Shown here in pieces: positions 27,120 through 33,203 of a stretch of DNA of 33,203 bases (the stretch's first letter is position 1; each line of letters opens with the position of its first letter). A program made the position numbers and the translations under genes. The notes under the pieces were generated by a model. That model was not told where the DNA came from. It saw only the letters and a program-made list of their open reading frames with translations, and did not search any database. This DNA comes from an uncultured Acidobacteriota bacterium (GTDB taxonomy: Bacteria; Acidobacteriota; Vicinamibacteria; Marinacidobacterales; SMYC01): positions 1-33,203 of the forward strand of contig CAZFLB010000020.1 in NCBI GenBank assembly GCA_964518945.1. Reading direction: 5' to 3'.

Positions 27120-29063
27120 TCACATCTGTGTTGGAGTTGGAATCCCGATTAATTTAAGTGCAGTAGTATGTTGGCTTAAAAAGATTTGTACTGCAATTGT
27201 GCGGATAGAACGTTTTATTTCGTTGGGTTCGGTTGACACATGATATTTATGGTAAAAGCCATTGAATCGTTGTGCCAACAAAAGCGCAAATCGTGCGAGA
27301 TGTGCTGGCTCTTGTGTTCGTATGGCTGTGTCGACAGCAGTGTCAAGATCTGTCGCTTGAGATATAAGCGCCCATAAGTCGTTGGCTTCTTCAGAATCAA
27401 GTGACTCAAAGTGTTGTCGTAGCTTTGTTGGAATACTTATTTCTGTCTGGGCTCCTACCTTATGAAGAATTTTTTTTGCTCTAACTGCAGCATACTGAAG
27501 GTAAGGGCCACTATCGCCATCAAAGCTTAAAGCTTCATTGAAATCAAAAGCGATGACTTTGTTTTTAGTGTACTTAACCATGAAATATCGCAGTGCACCA
27601 CGCGCAATGGCGTTAGCAGTTTTTCGATTTTCACTTTGTCCAGTTTTTGGATTTCTTGTTTTTACTTCATTGTAAGCTTTGTCTTCGAGTTCATTAAGCA
27701 GGTCATCTGCCTTCACTCCTAAGCCTTTTCTACCTGACACTTCTAGGTAGGGTTTGTTTTTTTCTTCTGGGTGCACGGTAAAACCGAGTTGCCGGCAAGT
27801 CTCAGGTGTAAGAGCCACCATTTCGTATGAAAAATGGTGAGATCTATCACGTGCTTCTTCTGAGCTTAGCATTGCTACGCCCTGTTGCACTATGTCTTGA
27901 AGGTATGCTTGCCGAACGTCGATCACATTGTAAACGCGACTACCTTTGCCAAAGTTTGGTGTCTCAACTGTTCCTCCTTCCGTAGTTGACCAAACAACCT
28001 GACCACTTGAGTATTGCTTAAAGGGTTTGAAGCCGAACTGTCGGTCCAGTAGCCCTAATTTCCACAGTTGGTAAGCAATGTCTTTCCCTACGTAAGTGAC
28101 AGTTCCATTCGAACGTACTATGACTTTTTCGTCTTCTTCGGTAGGTATTGATGTTGAGCTTCGGTTAATATCCATAACCCAACAGCCATTATTTTTTCCC
28201 GAAGAGGAAAGCCGGATCGCATGCTTCGCTTTCAAAAGCTCGTACGCACGCTCCCAGAATTGAAGTTTAAGGATGTCGCTTTCCCAAGGTAGTAGGTCGT
28301 AATAAACGTTGATCCGTTCCATTGTAGCGAGGTGACAACGTACAATGGTTTCAGAAATGAGTCTTCCGAGAGGTGCTTCAGGTTTGGAGTTTTCTTCGAT
28401 AGCTTTGAGCGTATGTTCTCTGAGTTTCAAACGCTCACGGTTTTCATCATAAAACTCAGAAACGCGTGCATAAAGATCCCAACACACATAGTCAAAACGA
28501 TTTCCGTTTGCTAAAGACTGGACTTCTGAAAAAGAATTTTGTTTAAGGTGCAAAAAACCAACGACCACATCAGCCACCTGTACCCCTGTGTCGTCAATGT
28601 AATTTTGAACTTCGACATTTGTTCCTTGATAACGAAGTAATCGAACGAAGGAATCTCCTAAGGCAGCATTTCGAAGATGTCCAATATGAGCAGCTTTGTT
28701 GGGGTTAATGTTTGTGTGCTCGATGATGATTTTTTCTTCGCTCACAACTTTTTTTGGAGTGTTTGTGAAATAGTTTTCAATGAACGACGGTCGATCAAAG
28801 AAAACGTTTAGGTACCCTCCTCCAGCAATTTCAACGCGATCGACGCCGAGAATGGTGGATAAGTGTGGAGCAAGCGACTCAGCTATTTTGAGGGGAGACA
28901 TTCTTGCTCTACGAGCAAGATCAAATGCAATTGCGAATGCAGCATCTCCTAATTCGTTACTTGAGGGTCGTTTAGCAACAACATTCTGAACGTCTATTCC
29001 GAAGACGTCATGAATAGCGGTGACCAGAGCTTCTTCTAGTCTTTGGCACAAATTGAATTCCAT
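27120..29063 (-). CDS. argS: Arginine--tRNA ligase
   Basis: ORF 27120..29081; the second ATG at 29063 gives MEFNLCQRLEEAL. Class-I HIGH motif (NPNKAAHIGHLRNAALGD) and a C-terminal DALR-type anticodon-binding region (EPAHLARFALLLAQRFNGFY). Confidence 0.92.
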   Translation of the reverse strand: MEFNLCQRLEEALVTAIHDVFGIDVQNVVAKRPSSNELGDAAFAIAFDLARRARMSPLKIAESLAPHLSTILGVDRVEIAGGGYLNVFFDRPSFIENYFTNTPKKVVSEEKIIIEHTNINPNKAAHIGHLRNAALGDSFVRLLRYQGTNVEVQNYIDDTGVQVADVVVGFLHLKQNSFSEVQSLANGNRFDYVCWDLYARVSEFYDENRERLKLREHTLKAIEENSKPEAPLGRLISETIVRCHLATMERINVYYDLLPWESDILKLQFWERAYELLKAKHAIRLSSSGKNNGCWVMDINRSSTSIPTEEDEKVIVRSNGTVTYVGKDIAYQLWKLGLLDRQFGFKPFKQYSSGQVVWSTTEGGTVETPNFGKGSRVYNVIDVRQAYLQDIVQQGVAMLSSEEARDRSHHFSYEMVALTPETCRQLGFTVHPEEKNKPYLEVSGRKGLGVKADDLLNELEDKAYNEVKTRNPKTGQSENRKTANAIARGALRYFMVKYTKNKVIAFDFNEALSFDGDSGPYLQYAAVRAKKILHKVGAQTEISIPTKLRQHFESLDSEEANDLWALISQATDLDTAVDTAIRTQEPAHLARFALLLAQRFNGFYHKYHVSTEPNEIKRSIRTIAVQIFLSQHTTALKLIGIPTPTQM

Positions 29064-29124
29064 GTGTGTGATTATATACAAGCGGTGACGAGACGGATGT
29101 CACAAGGTGTGAACCTGATTTATT

Positions 29125-30546
29125 ATGTATCTTATGGAGCATCTTAACGAACTTAAACCTCAGGCTGTTTTTAGTCACCGTCGCCGGACAGCTGCTATCT
29201 TAATTGGGGATGGGACCGCAGTGGCGTATATGGCTGGAGTAATGAAAGCTTTGAAGGATGCAGGAATAAGGATTGACATAGTTCTTGGGAAGGGAGCAGG
29301 AGCACTCGTCGCGGCTTTCAGCGCTATCGATGCTGAGGAGAGGTTGGAAGGGAAAAAGGGCTTATTAGCTCGTTCTGTAAGAAAACGTCCTTGGCGCCTT
29401 TGTTTGCTCTACAAAGTGACTGCGGTCTGTCTGTTGCTTTGTATAACGGCATTTGTTTCACCGCTTGTGATAGGTGCGATTTTTCTCCTTGCGCTGCCAT
29501 TTGTTGCAGTGAGTCGTTTGATAATGAACTTTCCGGGTGAGGGTCAAGCAGATCTTTGGCTGGAGTATCTATTTTCACACGGAGAGCCTGTATATCTTCG
29601 TGCAGTGGTTATTCCTATTTTTGTTCTCTGTGTGGTTTGGCTTGCGTGGTGGGTAATTAGCTTTATCCGTGATAAGAAGGCACCATCTCTTCCTGAGTTG
29701 TTTGATCTTGGCCCTCTAGAATTACTTCTTGAATCTACTATCTGGAAAGCTGTTCGCGGTGCCTCGACTAACGAACGTCCCCGTAATCGTACAGCTCTTG
29801 GGGTTGCTTACCAAGAGCTTCTATCCGGTAGCCTTGGTCAACACGGGTTCAAAGAACTCGTGTTTTATTCCCTTGATTGTGACAGTGGTCGAGAAGCCTC
29901 TTTTGCGCTTTTAAAGCAAAGGCACTTTAAAACGTTTTCCGAACATTACCAGTCTCATGACGTGTCGCGGTCCGCAGAGCCTATTGACTTAAGTTCTTAT
30001 AGCGGAGCCTTGTTTTTTGACGCATTATTTGCTTCGTTAAGCCCACCTGGAATTGTTCCTAGTGTTTCGATGAGACTACCGTTTGGAACTCCATTTGGAG
30101 GAGAGGTGCACCAGTTTTCTAGTAGTCTTTTGGCAGGCAGGAGAATGTTGCCGGATGCGATTGCAGCTGGTGCAGAACAGGTTGTTTTTGTGGTGGGCTG
30201 TGCTAGTAGTGAGTCTTTAAGTGGTAATACATTTGAACGTTTTGTAGAAGTTGCACTGCGAAATAGTATCGCTGATGAATTGGAAGAGACGGCAAGCCTC
30301 CCGGAATTGCCTGTTTTTATAGTCAGGCCTGACAAGCAGCGTCTGAGTGTGTACGAGATCACGGGCAGATCCCAAGGAGGGAATGAGCGGTTAGGTTTAA
30401 CAGCGCTTTATGCACATGGTCGAAGAGATGCTTCAACACTATTTGTTGATACGAATCTTGGAAATACCCACCAAATTCCTAACGCAGAGCCGTCTGGTTC
30501 TGAATCTCTTTCGGAAAAATCTCTAGGCGGTCCAGACGAATTCTAA
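29125..30546 (+). CDS. Patatin-like-fold membrane protein with degenerate catalytic motifs (probable pseudo-phospholipase)
   Basis: 473-aa ORF. The N-terminus AILIGDGTAVAYMAGVMKALKDAGIRIDIVLGKGAGALVAAFSA aligns to patatin blocks I and II, but GGGxxG reads GDGTAV and GxSxG reads GKGAG. Two or three TM segments follow (about aa 95-180). The ASxxxP block is present (FASLSPPG). No DG[GA] motif occurs downstream. Confidence 0.55.
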   Translation: MYLMEHLNELKPQAVFSHRRRTAAILIGDGTAVAYMAGVMKALKDAGIRIDIVLGKGAGALVAAFSAIDAEERLEGKKGLLARSVRKRPWRLCLLYKVTAVCLLLCITAFVSPLVIGAIFLLALPFVAVSRLIMNFPGEGQADLWLEYLFSHGEPVYLRAVVIPIFVLCVVWLAWWVISFIRDKKAPSLPELFDLGPLELLLESTIWKAVRGASTNERPRNRTALGVAYQELLSGSLGQHGFKELVFYSLDCDSGREASFALLKQRHFKTFSEHYQSHDVSRSAEPIDLSSYSGALFFDALFASLSPPGIVPSVSMRLPFGTPFGGEVHQFSSSLLAGRRMLPDAIAAGAEQVVFVVGCASSESLSGNTFERFVEVALRNSIADELEETASLPELPVFIVRPDKQRLSVYEITGRSQGGNERLGLTALYAHGRRDASTLFVDTNLGNTHQIPNAEPSGSESLSEKSLGGPDEF

Positions 30547-30621
30547 AATATTTCTGTTCTTTGGCCGTTTTTCTCGATACTGACATGCTCTGAAGATTAC
30601 AATAGACGTAAGAGTGCCGTC

Positions 30622-31191
30622 ATGAATAATGTCCTGGAAGTTGCTTTCGTCTTTCTTGCAGGTTTGTTTGCAGTATGGAATCTCATGGCTTTTAGGGCGT
30701 ATTTTTTGTATTTGCAGCTTGCAGGAACTGCTGAACTTACCTGGTATATGCCCAGACCATGGTTTTACAGCCTGGCGCAAGGAATTGGAGCTCTAATGGT
30801 TTTGTTGACAGCTTTCAGTTTATTCATTCTCGATCGTTCTTGGATAATCGTATTGTCTCAAGCTTTGATGGCTGCCTATTACATAGTTTTGTTACCGCTC
30901 TCTGTAAAAGTTAGGCGGGGTTTTTATTCGCAGGGAATTTGGCTTGACCGAGCATTTGTCCCCTATGACCAGATCTGTACTTTGTGCTGGAAAGAGCATC
31001 CCAATATTGTACTGATGGTGACAAAGAAAAAGGATTATTTATCAAGGGATTACTTGCTCAATGTTCCTGGAGATAAGTACGGCGAAGTGAGACGTATTCT
31101 CGCAGGCCATATTAAGGATCAAACACTTACTATTAAACATAGTGTCCTCGGGCTTTCGGATAAAGAAATACCAGCCCAGGAACAAGTTTAG
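30622..31191 (+). CDS. Small membrane protein (3-4 TM) with a soluble C-terminal domain, unknown function
   Basis: 189-aa ORF. Hydrophobic segments VAFVFLAGLFAVWNLMAF, GIGALMVLLTAFSLFIL and IIVLSQALMAAYYIVLLPL, then GFYSQGIWLDRAFVPYDQI... It ends 29 nt before the next gene's ATG. Confidence 0.55.
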   Translation: MNNVLEVAFVFLAGLFAVWNLMAFRAYFLYLQLAGTAELTWYMPRPWFYSLAQGIGALMVLLTAFSLFILDRSWIIVLSQALMAAYYIVLLPLSVKVRRGFYSQGIWLDRAFVPYDQICTLCWKEHPNIVLMVTKKKDYLSRDYLLNVPGDKYGEVRRILAGHIKDQTLTIKHSVLGLSDKEIPAQEQV

Positions 31192-31220
31192 TGTAGACAA
31201 AGCTAATTGAGTTGAAAGTG

Positions 31221-33062
31221 ATGAAACGAGAAGAATTTCGTGCACGTCTATCGTTAGCTCCAATGGTGTGTGATGGGGGTATGGGTACTAATCTATATTC
31301 GAAAGGAGTGATGGTTCACCATTGCTTTGATGAGCTAAACATGGAGAATCCAGAAATTGTTCGTTCTGTTCATCTGGAATATCTGTCTGTTGGCGTTGAT
31401 ATGTTGGAGACGAATACCTATGGTGCAAATCGGTTTAAACTGGGTCCCCACGGGTACGGTCATAAAGCGCATGAGGTTAATGAAAAAGGAGCTCTAATTG
31501 CAAAAGATGCTGCGAAGTCTATAAATGTTTCGGTACTCGTTGCCGGAGCCGTTGGGCCCATTGGGAAACCAATTGCACCTGTGGGAACTGTAAGCCAAGA
31601 AGATTCTTTTAATGCTTTTGTTGAGCAAGTTTCTGGGCTTGTAGATGGTGGTGTTGATGTCATAATTTTGGAGACTTTTTCAGACCTGCGTGAGATAGAA
31701 TTGGCGATTTCTGCTGTTCGGTCTGTTACAACAACTCTACCAATTATTGCCCAAATGACGTTTGGTGATGACGGCTCTACTCCTCTTGGAGCAAAGCCAG
31801 AGAATGTAGCCCGTAAGCTTTCAAATCTAGAAATTGATGTGATTGGTGCAAATTGTAGTGTCGGACCGGAGTTGTTGCTCAGCGTAGTGGAGAGGCTCGC
31901 AAAATCGACAAAATTGCCGCTATCGGTTCAGCCCAATGCAGGTCTCCCAGAGCTTGTAGAAGGTCGAGTGCTCTATTTGAGCTCTCCGGACTATATGGCC
32001 CACTACACAAAACTCTTTCTTGAATCTGGCGCAGGTATTGTTGGGGGTTGTTGTGGTACGACTCCTGCTCACATTGGTGCAATGGTTGGAGTTGTTCGTT
32101 CGCTAGGCTTACCTCAAGTGTCAATTGAGATGGATTTAGCAGAGGAAAAACATCTTGAGCAGACGCCGGTGAAGCGTTCTGAAAAATCACGTCTCGCTAA
32201 GAGCTTGGGCCGAAAATTTGTCATGTCTGTTCATATGGATCCACCTGTAGGTGCTGATCCAGGCCTTTTTATTGAGAAAGCGCAATGGTTGAAGGAAAGG
32301 GAAGTTGATTTTTTGAACATTGGTAATGGTTCTCGGGCCGGTGCTCGTATGAGTGCGTTAAGCTTCGCCGTGCTGTTAGAACAAAGCGTTGGTGTAGAGA
32401 CGGTCTTGCATTACCAATGCCGTGATCGAAACCTAGTGGGAATTCAGTCCGACCTACTTGGAGCACAGGCGCTTGGCCTCAAAAATATAGTTGCTGTCAC
32501 AGGTGAACCCTCAACAATTGGTTACTTACCATATGCAAAGACGGTGTTTGATATCGATTCTATTGGATTAGTTCGAGTCCTTTCTAGATTGAATCGAGGT
32601 CTTGATGTTGCTGCCAATCCTTTAGGTCCAGTATTGCCATTTCACATTGGTGTTGGTTTTAATCCAAGTGTTAGGGATTTTGAAGCAGAAATGCGTCGTT
32701 TTGAGCTTAAAGTGAAATGGGGAGCAGAGTATTGCTTGACTCAACCCGTTTTTGAACCGAAAAATCTCGAGACGTTGCTCAAAGCCGCTCGATCGTTCGA
32801 GATACCCGTAATCGTTGGCATCTTGCCGCTTGTTAGTGCTCGGAACGCTGAGTTTCTTCATAATGAAGTTCCCGGCATTTCGATCCCAAATAAGATTCGA
32901 GAGCAGCTTCTAAATGCTGCCAGCCATAAGAAAGCTGAGCAGATAGGCATTGGCATAGCGCGTGATACTTTGCGTGCTGCCTATGATTTGGCGGACGGAG
33001 CGTATGTGATACCACCATCTAAGCGTTTCGAGCTAGTAGTGGAAGTTATTGAAGACCTTTGA
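31221..33062 (+). CDS. Bifunctional homocysteine S-methyltransferase / 5,10-methylenetetrahydrofolate reductase fusion (YitJ-like)
   Basis: ORF 31212..33062; ATG at 31221 (MKREEFRARL). The N-terminal Hcy-binding domain carries the zinc Cys motifs ([19 protein letters not shown]). The C-terminal about 290 aa are MTHFR-like (HYQCRDRN, NIVAVTGEP, GFNP, GAEYCLTQPVF). Confidence 0.9.
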   Translation: MKREEFRARLSLAPMVCDGGMGTNLYSKGVMVHHCFDELNMENPEIVRSVHLEYLSVGVDMLETNTYGANRFKLGPHGYGHKAHEVNEKGALIAKDAAKSINVSVLVAGAVGPIGKPIAPVGTVSQEDSFNAFVEQVSGLVDGGVDVIILETFSDLREIELAISAVRSVTTTLPIIAQMTFGDDGSTPLGAKPENVARKLSNLEIDVIGANCSVGPELLLSVVERLAKSTKLPLSVQPNAGLPELVEGRVLYLSSPDYMAHYTKLFLESGAGIVGGCCGTTPAHIGAMVGVVRSLGLPQVSIEMDLAEEKHLEQTPVKRSEKSRLAKSLGRKFVMSVHMDPPVGADPGLFIEKAQWLKEREVDFLNIGNGSRAGARMSALSFAVLLEQSVGVETVLHYQCRDRNLVGIQSDLLGAQALGLKNIVAVTGEPSTIGYLPYAKTVFDIDSIGLVRVLSRLNRGLDVAANPLGPVLPFHIGVGFNPSVRDFEAEMRRFELKVKWGAEYCLTQPVFEPKNLETLLKAARSFEIPVIVGILPLVSARNAEFLHNEVPGISIPNKIREQLLNAASHKKAEQIGIGIARDTLRAAYDLADGAYVIPPSKRFELVVEVIEDL

Positions 33063-33203
33063 TCCATAGTTAGGTCGCTGACTTGAATCACCATTGGTTC
33101 ACTAGCGAGAGTAGCGTGTCCCATGCTAGCCTGAAGACAAAGGAATCCTATTGAGATTTGCCTGTCTTTGGTTCTGCTTTTTTGTAGGGTCTGCGTATGC
33201 TCA

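Noticed and set aside
29064-29081. A TATAAT hexamer 7 nt upstream of the internal ATG (29063) of argS, which would suggest a leaderless transcript.
   Set aside because: No acceptable -35 element lies at 16-18 nt spacing. The hexamer also lies inside the alternative longer reading frame (ATG at 29081, MYIITHM...). The two options cannot be distinguished from sequence alone.
33063-33203. The 141-bp tail after the MTHFR fusion, checked for a tRNA, a terminator or a partial gene. One minus-strand frame is open from the window edge.
   Set aside because: There is no cloverleaf-like or T-loop signature and no clean hairpin before the T6 run at about 33167-33172. The open minus-strand frame is short, runs into the 3' end of the MTHFR gene and has no recognisable motif. 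There is too little sequence to call anything.
1-33203. A window-wide scan for CRISPR repeats, IS or transposase and integrase genes, phage genes, toxin-antitoxin pairs, restriction-modification or other defence modules, and biosynthetic clusters.
   Set aside because: None was found. All ORFs longer than about 100 aa are accounted for by metabolic, housekeeping, hydrolase or membrane proteins. No spaced direct-repeat arrays were seen by eye, and no terminal inverted repeats flank any segment.

Overview
This is a 33.2 kb, densely coding bacterial window of roughly 44-45% GC (estimated by eye). Several starts carry Shine-Dalgarno-like GGAGG or AGGAG motifs. I support 26 protein-coding genes. 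I found no rRNA, tRNA, CRISPR array, transposase, integrase or recognisable defence system.

Layout:
- 1-10.5 kb: a run of mostly signal-peptide-bearing peptide and amide hydrolases. These are a 5'-truncated HExxHxxGxxH zinc metalloprotease, a PQQ-like beta-propeller protein, an amidase-signature enzyme, an M19 dipeptidase, an M1 aminopeptidase and a class-A beta-lactamase-fold serine hydrolase. A small minus-strand unit sits among them: a 4-TM protein plus an exported protein with a PI3K/PI4K-like catalytic loop.
- 10.7-12.9 kb: a two-gene operon of uncharacterised CxxCH proteins. The second has an endostatin/DUF1554-like C-terminal domain.
- 13-17 kb: a bicupin, an atypical Rossmann/SDR protein, a DUF1445 hydro-lyase, and an exported protein with a (PPTP)3 linker.
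- 17-33 kb: core metabolism. This covers rmlC-rmlA, a small cytochrome c, metH, a DAACS transporter, a Dabb protein, bshC, lepB, argS, a degenerate patatin-like membrane protein, a small membrane protein, and a homocysteine-methyltransferase/MTHFR fusion.

Nothing here looks like a complete, clearly novel multi-gene system. The items I think most deserve a second look are:
- the in-frame TAA that cuts off the conserved tail of the cytochrome c gene
- the haem-motif/endostatin-like gene pair
- the exported PI3/4-kinase-like protein
- the patatin-like protein that lacks both catalytic dyad residues
- two structured intergenic elements that have no obvious job

All family assignments come from motif recognition by eye and from memory of family consensus sequences, not from searches.
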